Assembly: GCA_043228905.1 (NCBI GenBank)
Contig: JBHGNT010000020.1
Span: 6,944,001-7,008,000, forward strand
From: Azolla caroliniana
Lineage: Eukaryota; Plantae; Polypodiophyta
Reading direction: 5' to 3'
DNA: 64,000 nt
A program made the translations under genes and the position numbers. The notes below the pieces were generated by a model. That model did no database searches. It saw nothing but the letters and a program-made list of their open reading frames with translations, and was not told the DNA's origin. Below, piece after piece: positions 50,842 to 62,940 of the stretch. Within the stretch, counting starts at the first letter, position 1; each line of letters begins with the position of its first letter.

Positions 50842-52753
50842 AATCGCTTCAGTGTCTGTTCTTGCGACCTGTTGGGTTTTGCTTCTCAAGGCGAATGTCT
50901 GCAGCAGGGTTCTCAACCCTCGCGCTCTGATACCATGTAAACGATTGCTTGCGAAAGCATTAGAGAAGCAGAGAAAACAGAAAATATGGAGAGAGTACGC
51001 GGGAGAGACAGAGAGAGCAGAACGTAAAAGTTATATTCAAAATAATAGTAAACACCCTGTACATACTCTGTGCTCAGTAGCACTATTTATACAAGTCCTA
51101 CGCGGACTGACATAAGTACTGTGTACTTCAATGCTCACACGAGCATCTGACACTAACTCTGAGACTATAACTACCTAGTAATCTAACTTATTACTAGGCT
51201 TCCGGTTACTGCTGGATCCGGCTAACCGGCTCTCTGCTCACCGACTCTGTAGCTTGCCGGCTTGATTGCTCACCGGCATACCGATCTGTCTCACTTACTG
51301 GCTCAGGCTTTTCAGCCGATCCGGCTCCAGTTGAGCTTGCCGCTCAACAATATATTATAGGAAGAGTAAGTACAAGATGGCTATGAGGCTTAAGACTGGC
51401 GTTGAACCAATTTGGTTCAACATAATGCCTAGTGCCTTCTTTTATAGTGTTCTCAGGAGTAATCCTGAAGCTTCTAGAATGTTCTAGAGAAATCTGGAAT
51501 ATACATTAATTTCCTATAATAAAACTTAAATGAAAATAATATCTTACGTATTACAATAGATGGTATAATGGTTAAGAGCTCGACCCATATAACATAAGGT
51601 CATGGGTTCGAGTCTTGCCATATCATGACACTATCTCCCCCTTAAGATGACGAGTGGAACGAGTCAGCGCTGATTGCGGACTAGGTTTGTCCGGATACTT
51701 TCGGTGGAACTCAGCAAGAAGATCCTGAGCCAATCGACCAAATAATAAAGTTTGTTGCGAACAAGTTTGGAATCGAGGACGGCAACAACTTCATACTCCG
51801 GGCCGGCTTCCAACTCAAGCGGGGGCGGCGGTGGTGTAACACGATCGGGAATAGTGTTTGCTTTATAAGGTTCAAGAAGAGAGCTATGGAAAACCGGATG
51901 TATTTGAAGATGCGGAGGGAGATCAAGGCGGAACGTGACATCATTAACCTTACTAGTAATACGGAAAGGACCGAGTCGTCGATAATCCAACTTGTCGCAC
52001 AGTCGAGTAGTCTTGATGTGACGACGTAAGAGCCATACACGACCTCCGATGGCAAAAGAGGAGGGAAGCTGATGACGATCCGCATAAGTCTTCTGTGTGT
52101 GTTGAGCATGACGAAGATGAGTAGAGAGATCCATCTGGATCTTGCGTAGCCTCTCCAAAATCACCGACCAGTGAGGATGAGAACCGGTGTAAGTGTAAAT
52201 GGGGAGACTCGAGTCGAGGAGTGAATAAAATTATTATATGCAAACTCTGCAAAGTGGAGAATCTCGACTCAATTGTCCTGTTGATAACTCAGAATACACC
52301 GGAGATATTGTTCCAACGTTTGGTTTGTTCATTCCGCCTACCCATCAATCTGGGGATGGTAGCCGGAGGAGAGATTGCAAGAGACCTTGAGCATCTTGAA
52401 GAGATGCTGCCAAAATTTGGAGACGAATTGAGGTCCTCAGTCACTGATGATACTGTCTGGGAGGCCATGATGCCGAAATACCTCACGCATGACAAGGGCG
52501 GGCGATGGTTTCCTCGCTAGTGATGGCCTTAGTACACGGCACAAAATGTGCCATCTTGGTATATCAATCGATGATGGTTAAGATAGCATCGAACCCCTTT
52601 GAGACCGGCAGATCTGTGATAAAATCAAGACAAATAGACTGCCACGGCTTACTTGGAATCGATAAGGGTTCCAACAAGCCACATGGATGGTTTTGGGGCA
52701 TCTTTGCTCGGCAGCAAGCATCACAAGTCCGAATGTAGTCGTTGAAAAAACGT

Positions 52754-55700
52754 TGTCGTGACGATTTTCGGCTACGGTGTGAAACCGAGTGAGACGAATA
52801 AACCAAGGATGTGCAACATTGCACATGCACTTAGCAAATAAACCTAGCCTAGTGGCACTTGAGTTCATACATAGGGGTGCAAGCAAGGTTTGAACCTTGC
52901 ACCTCTAACATACAAGATAATTGCCTTACCACTAGGACAACTATCATATAGTGTAGATTATATGTATTTCCTTTTCATATACAAATTATAGACGAAACAA
53001 CCATAGAAAACCATGTGCACAAAACCATGGTTTTAAACCCATGGTTTGTGCATGACATAAGCAAAACCATGTGCACAAAACCATGGTTTTAGCCCATGGT
53101 TTTGTGCATGTCACGAGCATGGAAAGACCTATAAAAGCCTCTAGTTGGGCTTGTGTAAGGGGGGCTCAATATGTGATATCACCAACACCATTATCATCAA
53201 TATAAATTATATTTGTCTTTATCTTCTTCATGTTTTTCTACTTCTCAAGTGTACAATCTTTCTTCTTCTCAAGTGAACAAATTCCATCCAATCTTACATT
53301 GATCGTCATCTAGCGTCGATAATTCCGCGAACGTCCTCCCCAGTCCAAGACCCCGGTGGTCGCTCGAGTAGCACACGCACGCGCGAATCTTCGCGACATC
53401 ATTTGGTGAACCCAACGTGAAGAGCAGTAGGGGAGGACAAAGATGGATGGCGAATATCTCATGGAGGCAATGTCAAGAAGGATGATGGAGTTTCTGAGAG
53501 AAGAGAAAAGAAGAAATGAAGCCCAACAAGCCGTCGACAAAGTAGTCGAACGAATGAGCTATTTCAACGGTGCCGAAGTCCAAAGTTTCCTAAAAGTCTA
53601 CAATGCGGAGATGGATTCAAGAGGTGTGGACAAAGCTATGAGGCTAGAGTACTTTTGTCGGGTGGTGTCTCAACCGATCTTCAAAGATGTAGAAGAGCTT
53701 CTAGAAGCTCATGATTCGTGGGCGACTTTCGAGAAGGCTCTATTGGAGGAATATGACTATGACAGACTAAAGGGACAAGATCGACGCAACTTCGACCAAT
53801 GGGTGACATCAGCGAAGACCCACCAAGGTGCGACACAAGCATTCGTAGACTTCGAGCATCATTTTTCTCAATTGTCGGAGCGGGAACAAAGATTGGTGGG
53901 GGTCGATAAGGTCCTTATGTTCGTGAAGTCAATCGATCGAATGGAAAGGATGGCGATCGGCCTCAAACTCGAAGAAGATGATGGTGCAAATGGCCTCGTC
54001 GAGGATTGGAGCAAAGTGGAAAGTGTATGCCGACTACACGATAAGGGGCAAGTGAGAATATCGACGACAACAAGACGGCCCATGAGGGACGATCGAAGAG
54101 GGACGAGATGCAACAACGCACCACCAACAAAAGAAATGAAGCTTAGAAGGGAGACAAAACCGAGGCGAATGGTGATCGAGGAAGAAGAGACCTCCCAACA
54201 AATGCGGGTTAATGAAGTGGCCGATACAAAGGCTCTGGTTCGGTATGACGGTACCGAGAGAGAAGGTGTGAAACAAGTCACCTTCTTGTCTTACAAAGAA
54301 ACGACGGCGAAGGAGGAGGCCGATGACTCGAGGACGGCGAACGCCACTTCGAGGGAGGATAAATGTTTCGGAACACGCATTGTGTACGAAACATCGGGTG
54401 ATGACGGCGCAAGCATGAGAAAAGCTTGCATGATCGAGGGAGAAAAAGTGTTTGAGTCTGAAGAGATTGAGGAGGTAGCCATGACAAACGACATCGAGTC
54501 GGAGGTGGCTATGGATGAGTCGACGACGGATAGCCATGTCGACACTTTCTTCACGCTTGTTCCAGAGACTTCGGCGGTTGCGCCCATGTGCCAACGTGAG
54601 ACCGGAGAGACGGAAGGTGGTGACGGGAAGACGAAGGCCCAACACAAGGAGGAAGAAGATCGAGGAAGAAAGGATATCCCCACACCTAATCTAGAGACTT
54701 CGGCGGTTGTGCACGTGCGCCAACGTGAGACCGGAGAGACAGAATGTGTGGACAAAAAAGAGGACGACCGGAAGGGCGATGAAGAAGACAAGGTAAATGT
54801 GCATGAACGAAGGGATTCCTTCACACCGGTTCCGGAGACTTCGGCAGTCGAGACCGTGTGTCGGCATAAGACCGAAGATAAAGGAGGTGGCGAAGAGGAG
54901 ACAATATGGCTCGAGGCGAGCATACACGGAGGGAAGGATATGGCCGACGTGGAGGCCAAGGATGAAGCTGCGGTTGAGTTCGATGGAGAGGTTGCATGCG
55001 GGAAGGAAGGAAGAGTCGAGAACCGGTTGAACCGGAAGACGATCCGGCCGGGATTCCGACCCGAACGAAGGAAGATCCACATGGGAGCCGATCGACCGGG
55101 GCCGACCCGGCCGAAACCTGATTCGGCGAAAATCGATCGGACGATTCCGATCCAAAAGGGGGCCAACCCAGCCAGAATCAATCGGTTGAGCCCGACTCGG
55201 GGAAATGTGAATGCAGACGAAGGCCAACCAAGCCAAGAAGCGATCGGTGGAGACCGATCCGGACAAGGGCAAACCCGGCCTAATCGGAGATCGACACAAA
55301 CGATCTACAATACCCAGTTGAAGACGGTGAGTGTGAGGAGTGGCCAGGAGTCCAATCGAAGGACACATGCGGTGGACGAAGGAAGAGCGGTCGTATCGAC
55401 GACATCGTTCGGTAGATCTACTACAACCGATCGGGGAAGAAGGTGTGAGCGCCGGATATGGTGGATCGGGTGGCTACGGTGGTTTGGTTGGAAAGATTGC
55501 GCATACTCGAAGTGGAAGACGAAGTCAGACGAGGAAGACGAGCGTGCAGAGGAACTCGGTTGATCACCGTTGCCAAAGATCTCACCTCTTCACCTTTCTC
55601 GGCACATACCGGAGGATGTGTGGGTTTGGTGGGGGTGGATGTCGTGACGATTTTCGGCTACGGTGTGAAACCGAGTGAGACGAATAAACCAAGGATGTGC

Positions 55701-56284
55701 AACATTGCACATGCACTTAGCAAATAAACCTAGCCTAGTGGCACTTGAGTTCATACATAGGGGTGCAAGCAAGGTTTGAACCTTGCACCTCTAACATACA
55801 AGATAATTGCCTTACCACTAGGACAACTATCATATAGTGTAGATTATATGTATTTCCTTTTCATATACAAATTATAGACGAAACAACCATAGAAAACCAT
55901 GTGCACAAAACCATGGTTTTAAACCCATGGTTTGTGCATGACATAAGCAAAACCATGTGCACAAAACCATGGTTTTAGCCCATGGTTTTGTGCATGTCAC
56001 GAGCATGGAAAGACCTATAAAAGCCTCTAGTTGGGCTTGTGTAAGGGGGGCTCAATATGTGATATCACCAACACCATTATCATCAATATAAATTATATTT
56101 GTCTTTATCTTCTTCATGTTTTTCTACTTCTCAAGTGTACAATCTTTCTTCTTCTCAAGTGAAAAAATTCCATCCAATCTTACATTGATCGTCATCTAGC
56201 GTCGATAATTCCGCGAACGTCCTCCCCAGTCCAAGACCCCGGTGGTCGCTCGAGTAGCACACGCACGCGCGAATCTTCGCGACA
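52754..56284 (+). mobile_element. non-autonomous gag-only LTR element Y
   Basis: 645-bp LTRs 52754-53398 and 55640-56284 (1 difference seen); 4-bp TSD ACGT; PBS TGGTGAACCCAACGTG 53404-53419 (tRNA-Trp-like); G-rich tract before the 3' LTR. Confidence 0.94.
53443..55563 (+). CDS. Y 706-aa ORF: gag-like N-terminus, acidic repeats, basic tail; no pol
   Basis: FNG.EV..FL..Y...W..F...L..EY capsid-like pattern; three PETSAV/LETSAV repeats; no PR, RT or INT motifs. Confidence 0.8.
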   Translation: MDGEYLMEAMSRRMMEFLREEKRRNEAQQAVDKVVERMSYFNGAEVQSFLKVYNAEMDSRGVDKAMRLEYFCRVVSQPIFKDVEELLEAHDSWATFEKALLEEYDYDRLKGQDRRNFDQWVTSAKTHQGATQAFVDFEHHFSQLSEREQRLVGVDKVLMFVKSIDRMERMAIGLKLEEDDGANGLVEDWSKVESVCRLHDKGQVRISTTTRRPMRDDRRGTRCNNAPPTKEMKLRRETKPRRMVIEEEETSQQMRVNEVADTKALVRYDGTEREGVKQVTFLSYKETTAKEEADDSRTANATSREDKCFGTRIVYETSGDDGASMRKACMIEGEKVFESEEIEEVAMTNDIESEVAMDESTTDSHVDTFFTLVPETSAVAPMCQRETGETEGGDGKTKAQHKEEEDRGRKDIPTPNLETSAVVHVRQRETGETECVDKKEDDRKGDEEDKVNVHERRDSFTPVPETSAVETVCRHKTEDKGGGEEETIWLEASIHGGKDMADVEAKDEAAVEFDGEVACGKEGRVENRLNRKTIRPGFRPERRKIHMGADRPGPTRPKPDSAKIDRTIPIQKGANPARINRLSPTRGNVNADEGQPSQEAIGGDRSGQGQTRPNRRSTQTIYNTQLKTVSVRSGQESNRRTHAVDEGRAVVSTTSFGRSTTTDRGRRCERRIWWIGWLRWFGWKDCAYSKWKTKSDEEDERAEELG

Positions 56285-59200
56285 ACGTTGCATATGGGGC
56301 CACCAAAAAGATTGTTGAATGAGATCCAACGTCTAACGTTTGGTTTGTTCATTCCGCCTACCCATCAATCTGGGGATGGTAGCCGGAGGAGAGATTGCAA
56401 GAGACCTTGAGCATCTTGAAGAGATGCTGCCAAAATTTGGAGACGAATTGAGGTCCTCAGTCACTGATGATACTGTCTGGGAGGCCATGATGCCGAAATA
56501 CCTCACGCATGACAAGGGCGGGCGATGGTTTCCTCGCTAGTGATGGCCTTAGTACACGGCACAAAATGTGCCATCTTGGTATATCAATCGATGATGGTTA
56601 AGATAGCATCGAACCCCTTTGAGACCGGCAGATCTGTGATAAAATCAAGACAAATAGACTGCCACGGCTTACTTGGAATCGATAAGGGTTCCAACAAGCC
56701 ACATGGATGGTTTTGGGGCATCTTTGCTCGGCAGCAAGCATCACAAGTCCGAATGTAGTCGTTGAAAAAACGTTGCATATGGGGCCACCAAAAAGATTGT
56801 TGAATGAGATCCAACGTCTTAGTACTACCGAAATGTCCTGCCGTATGGGTGTCGTGGCAAATTTGGACGATTTGAAGGCAACAGGAGCAATCGGGGACAT
56901 ATACAAGCTTTTTAAAGAATAACAAACCATCATGATATTCGAATTGTCGGTAGTCCATACCTGATTGTTGAGATTGGGAACAGGATGCTCGAGAGGTATC
57001 AATGTGCGCCAAAATGTCTTGAGCAAAACTGTCTGTCTTCAAGTTCGCACGTATGGCATCGGTAATCCGGGAATCCATTAGGGTGTGAAAAATCCGCATT
57101 GGGTGCAATCGTGTTGGTCCCAAGATTACTTGCTTTTGATTATCAAATGCTGGATCACCAAGATGAGGTGTAAGATATGAACGCCGTGATAGCGCATCTG
57201 CTTTTCCTTGCTGCTTCCCTGGTCGATATGTGATTTTGAAGTCGAAACGTGTGAGGAATTGAGCCCACCGAGCTTGCCGTCGATTTAGCACCCGAGCGTT
57301 CTGGAAATAAGCAAGGTTTTTGTGATCACTAAAGACGATGACTTGATGTGGAGAGCCCTCTAAGAAATGCCGCCATTGCACAAAGGAATCCACGATGGCT
57401 AATAACTCCTTGTCATGTATTTCGTAGTTGATTTCGGCGGTATCGAATTTGCGCGAATGGAAAGCCACAAGATGTAACTCTTCTTTATCTCCTTGTTGAG
57501 AAAGGATGCTACCGAGGACGAAATCCAATGCGTTGGCCTCCATGATGAATGGTTTCTTTGTATCCACATGAACTAGAATAGGAGCTGATGTAAAGGCTTT
57601 CTTAAGATGCTGAAAAGCCATGTCCGCTTCATTGGACCAAAGAAATGCTTGTCCCTTCTTTGTAAGTTGTGTGAGAGGTAAAATAATCTTTGAGTAATCC
57701 TGTATAAACTTGCGGTAGAAGTTAGCAAAACCTAGAAAACATTGTACATCTCGTACCGACCCTAGAATTTGCCACTCTAGCACAGTTTGGACTTTAGCTG
57801 GATCCATGGAGATGCCCTTTGAGGAGATGACGTAGCCTAGAAATTCCACTTGCTTTTAGTCAAAGCTACATTTTTCTAGCTTGGCATAAAGACCATTCTC
57901 GCGGAGTTGTTTTATTACTAATAGTACATGAGAATTGTGCTCTTCCTGGGTCTTCGAATAAATCAATAGATCATCCAGATAGATGATCAAAAAAATATCC
58001 AAGAGGTCTCTGAATATATCATTTGCCATGTGTTGGAAGACTGCGGGTGCATTGGTTAGACCAAACGGCATAATAGTATATTCGAAATGCCCATACTGCG
58101 TGCGAAAGGCGGTCTTCCATTCATCTCCCGGTCGGATCCGCACGAGGTTATCGCTCCTCGTAGATCGATTTTTGTAAAAAACTTGGCACCATTAACTCGC
58201 TCTTAAAGACTTGATATAAGAGGAAGTGCATACCTATTCCAGATGGTGACTTTATTTAGGTCGCGGTAATCAACGACGAGACGAAGTGAGCCATCTTTCT
58301 CCTTGACAAAGAAGATGGGTGCACTGGTCGGATATTTCGAATGACGAATAAACCCGCTTGCGAAGTTCTCCTCTATGTAGGCTTGAAGGACTTCTAACTC
58401 GGTGGGGGACAAGTTGTAAATTGGTCCCCATGGTGGCTCTGCTCCCAGTTGTAGATCGATGGGACAATCATAGGGACGATGATGAGGAAGAGTACCGGCT
58501 TTTACCTTGTCAAATACATTGGCATAAGGATGATATTTCGCCGGAAGTTGTACTAAGGATTCCTCCTTAATAATGCTGGAAGGATGTACCGATATTGCAA
58601 ATAGGAACATTGCCTCCTTGTGTCCTTCTTCGCGTAATTGACGTAGTGAAATGGTCGAAACTCGATGAGTAGATTCTTGGGGTTGTCGATGTCGGACTTC
58701 TCTTGTTCTCCAATCTATGTCTGGTTTATGTAATTCAAACCAAGGTAATCCCTGGACAATGGGATGCTCTGGACTACTAATTATATTAAATGCTACTACA
58801 CACACAAAACTACCTAGGACAACTTGAATGGGTTCTGAGTCTTCTACAATATTCCCGGAAGCAATGGGATGACCATCAATGACGACTACAGATGCAGGGC
58901 AAGGAAGTTTTCTTAAGGATATCTGAGAAGCTTGGGCAAAATTTCGATCCATGAAACAAGAATTAGCTCCGGAATCTAGAAGTGCTAGGACATGTACTGG
59001 GGGAGTACTTTTAGTACTAACCATGACTTGGGCTAAGAACACATTGCTAACTTGCTTGGAGGGAATGGAACCACTAATGGGCTGTACAGATCTAGGGCTG
59101 TCCAACCAAACAACTCCTATTTTGGCTGGACTTAATCATTTAACTCTTCATCTAATTGACTAAGGATTTCAAATTTGTTTGAGATACTTGGGCTATTAGT

Positions 59201-62200
59201 ACTATTAATACTATCAAACACTCTATGAGTACTATTAATACTATCAGACACTCCTAAGGGAAGAATTGACTCGGGTTTAGTACATGCTACGATTTGATTT
59301 ACCTGTCTTCTTGGCCTATGGGGACAATTGATTGCGATATGCATTGGTCCACCGCAATAAAGACATAATTGATTTGCACGCCGTCGTTGCTTTTCTTCTT
59401 CTGATAACGGGCCACGTCGACACATGGTATTGATCTCCATCGGTGTCGGAGTATTTGCTTGAGGTATGTCTCGTGCAAACGGTTTAGCCGCGATTGAGGC
59501 GTAAGTGGGCTCTGGCCTAGAGCGTGGTATCCGTAATTGACGTTCCGAACGTCGTTCGAAAAGGCGGTTTTCACATCGGACCGCTCGACTGATTGCCTCC
59601 GTAAGAGACTTTGGTTCTTCGGGGAATGTTAGAAGTAGATCTTTGACATCGTTTCGTGGGCCGTCGTGAAATTGCTCCATTAGTGCCTGATCATCCCAGG
59701 GGATATCTGAAGTGAGTAGACGGAAATCCGCCGCATAGGCAAAGGCTGGATGATCGCCTTGACGGAATCGTCGGATTTTGTTGATCGCCGTTATCTGTAT
59801 CTCCAAAGCAAGCTTTAAACTCACTAGTAAAGTCTTCAAAGTTATTCAGTAAGGGCGATTGTTTTTCCAGAAGCGGAGCAAACCATGCCAAAGGCTGAGC
59901 CGCTAAGCAACGTGCCTATTAGGCCGACTCAGGATGCATCAGTGGGGTATCGAGAAGGATGCATTTGAATGACTAAGCGTACCTGATTGAGGAATCCCCT
60001 AAATTGCGATCACGTTCCATCAAATTTCACAGGAAGTCCAATCTTGGGCTCTTTATGAAATCCGTGGGGACTTGATCCTTGTTGTTGCAACGCTGCATCA
60101 AGTTGTTGCACATGTAACGCTAACTCCCCATGTTGCTATTGCAACTCCCCATGTTGTTGCTATGTTTGATGTTTTTCTAAGGCGATTTGTTGAAGATCCC
60201 CTAACAACCGCTGGTTTTCTTGTTCCAAGGCAACAAATTTTTCTTTAAGACACTGTAGCTCGGAGAAAACGAATTGGTATTCTTGGGCGCTAACAAAAGC
60301 CATTGTATAGAAAAAGGATAAGAGGATGAGGGAAACCAAAAGAAAGACTAGAGAGGAAAAATTGGTTCAAACTGTCAGGAATAGTACTAAAAAGAGAGAG
60401 AATTAGTACTAGAGAAGGGAAGTACTATTAGTACTAAGAGGTCGGGACTGCGTAAGACTCCCGAGAGGGAGGAAAGAGAAGAGAAGAGAGAGAGAGAGAG
60501 ATAGTGAGGACTAGAGAGAGAGAGAGAGATGATGATAACATATGATATATTATAGGAAGAGTAAGTACAAGATGGCTATGAGGCTTAAGACTAGCGTTGA
60601 ACCAATTTGGTTCAGCATAATGCCTAGTGCCTTCTTTTATAGTGTTCTCAGGAGTAATCCTGAAGCTTCTACAATGTTCTAGAGAAATCTGGAATATACA
60701 TTAATTTCCTATAATATCTTACGTATTACAATAGATAGTATAATGGTCAAGAGCTCGACCCATATAACATAAGGTTATGGGTTCGAGTCTTGCCATATCA
60801 TGACACTGGGAACCCCTGCGTATGGTGTGCGCAGTCATTGATTTCCGCACTAACACGATCGACCGGGTCAAGGAGATGGAGAAAACAAGCTCATGGCTAA
60901 CAATGGGGGCACTCAAGCGTGCATTACCAACACAAGAAGACCTACGTTTTCGGCAAGCTATACAATGTACGACTTGTCTCAATGCCGGCCACTCTGCAAT
61001 AGAATGTACCATGCGGTCACAGTGCATGTTATGCCATTCCAGGTCGAACACAATGGACCGATGCAAATATAACTTACTGAACCAAGAAGAGGCACTGGTA
61101 AGACAAATCGATACCCGTGGTGACCGGGAAGAGGAAGAAGAACGTTGGCATCGAGACGAGCGTTACCGGATGTCCAGTACAACGACAGAAGGAAAACTTA
61201 TGACCGGGATCGGTACAACAGGTACCGGGATTATAATGGTGACCGTTCTGATCGCGATCACTCTCCAAGTTACAAACGGAGGAGAGAGGATCAGCGTGGG
61301 GATTACGAAGATCGCCGCCGACAAGGATACAAGAACCACCGACGTTTTAATAAGAAACGAAACACCTGAAAGGAGGAGCGTTGGGAACCGGCGAAGGACT
61401 ACCCACGAGAACCGGAGAGAGGCTTGAGTGGCACCCAACCAGAACAAAGACAAACGGAAGAGCCTAATCGACCGACAACAAGATTTCAACCAAGTACCGG
61501 GCCAAAAGCAGAATCCAACAATACCCGGAAAATGTATTGTTATTATTGACGGTAGGAAGGTCATTACAGCAACCAATGCCCGGTGAAAAGTAACGAAAAA
61601 CGACCGACAGTCAATATGGTGGTAGCAGAGGTCACGGATATACAACAAGTGACCACCAGGTCAAAAGGAAAGACGACGGAGTGGGAAGCACAAGAGGCTA
61701 TCCAGAAATAGGCCACCGAATGGGTAGAGAAGGCGAATGAGCGGAATGCAGCCGAAGTCAAACAACAAAAGGAGGCACCGGCGGAGCTCACCGACACAAT
61801 ACAGTTAGAAAACCCAACATGGCAGGCGTTACAGGAATGTCAAATTACGTTGCCATTAGGTCGGCTACTACAATTAGTACCTCGGTTCACGGATGGGTTG
61901 AAATCAGCAATAACACCACTAGGCTCGTCGCTGGCGCCAACTTTCTTTTCCAACCTCGAGGAAGGGCCGATGGTGGTGGACACAAGCAGTCCGGCAATCA
62001 CTGCCATTGTCAAAGGACACGAGCTACTAGGGACGATCTTCGACGGAGGATCGGGCATCAATGTAATTAGCCTCCGTACTTGTGACACCCTGGGAATCCA
62101 GGAGTGGGAGCCTTGCTCCTGTTGGCTTCGGATGGCAGATACGAGTTTGGTAAGACCCACCGATTTAATATGAGATCTGGAGGTAACAATTGGAGGACAT

Positions 62201-62513
62201 GCATTCCACATTTCTACAGTGGTTCTCTAGTTAAATATCCAAGGGGCTTACCCACTATTGCTTGGATGACCATGGTTGCGGACGACACAGATTAAGCAAA
62301 ACTGGCGAAAGAATGTGATCACATTCCGACGAGGCAAAACCAAAGTACGGGTACCGACACATCCACAAAGTTCCGGAATCGGCAAAGAGCTAACACCGTT
62401 ATACGCTGAAAGCGTTAATATGTTGGAAGGGCTCGCCTATGAGGAAGTCGATCAGTATCTCGAGGATAATCCAAAAATCGTACCCTTGTTCAAAATAGAT
62501 GTGGCCGAAGTAG

Positions 62514-62940
62514 TGTCATTATATGGCAAGACTCGAACCCATGACCTTATGGTATATGGGTCGAGCTCTTAACCATCACACCATCTATTGTAATTCATAG
62601 AATATTATTTTCATTTATGTTTTATTATAAGAAAGTAATGTATATTCCAGATTTCTCTAGAACATTCTAGAAGTTTCAGGATTACTCCTGACAACACTAT
62701 AAAAGAAGGCACTAGGTATTATGTTGAACCAAATTGGTTCAACGACAGTCTTAAGCCTCTCAGCCGCTTTGTACTTATCTTTTCACATAATATATTAGCT
62801 GCTGTCATCATCTTTCTCTCTCTCTCTCTCCTCTTCTCACTTCCTCGCTCGGGAATCTTACGCAGTCCCGTCCTCTTAGTACTAATAGTACTGCTCTTCT
62901 TAGTACTAATTCCATCTCTGCTTTAGTGCTATTCCTGACA
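62514..62940 (+). mobile_element. B-family solo LTR in X2 pol
   Basis: TG..CA termini, TSD AGTAG, homologous to B LTRs. Confidence 0.95.

Larger units (their letters stand above)
29354..51349 (-). mobile_element. Ty1/copia element C inserted in the B2 3' LTR
   Basis: LTRs 50936-51349 and 29354-29766; TSD ATATA; iMet PBS 50924-50935; PPT 29767-29778. Confidence 0.95.
52315..56819. repeat. 485-bp tandem duplication in B2 integrase; copy 1 is interrupted by Y, copy 2 is 56335-56819
   Basis: 52315-52753 plus 56289-56334 equals 56335-56819. Confidence 0.92.
51640..60303 (-). pseudogene. B2 gag-pol remnants, interrupted by Y and an internal duplication
   Basis: Fragments homologous to B1 gag, PR, RT, RH, INT and chromodomain. 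Confidence 0.9.
29178..60805 (-). mobile_element. Tcn1-like chromovirus B2, degenerate, hosting C and Y
   Basis: 5' LTR 60373-60805; 3' LTR split into 29178-29353 and 51355-51630; TSD CCGGG/CTGGG; gag ATG at 60303; pol homologous to B1. Confidence 0.93.

Noticed and set aside
51561-51620. Functional tRNA gene
   Set aside because: Acceptor and anticodon stems do not pair and it is part of an LTR; reported as a tRNA-like module instead.
54034-55368. Antisense ORFs of 200-300 aa over Y (and similar ones over X1, C and D)
   Set aside because: Shadow frames of GC-rich coding strands with no recognisable motifs.
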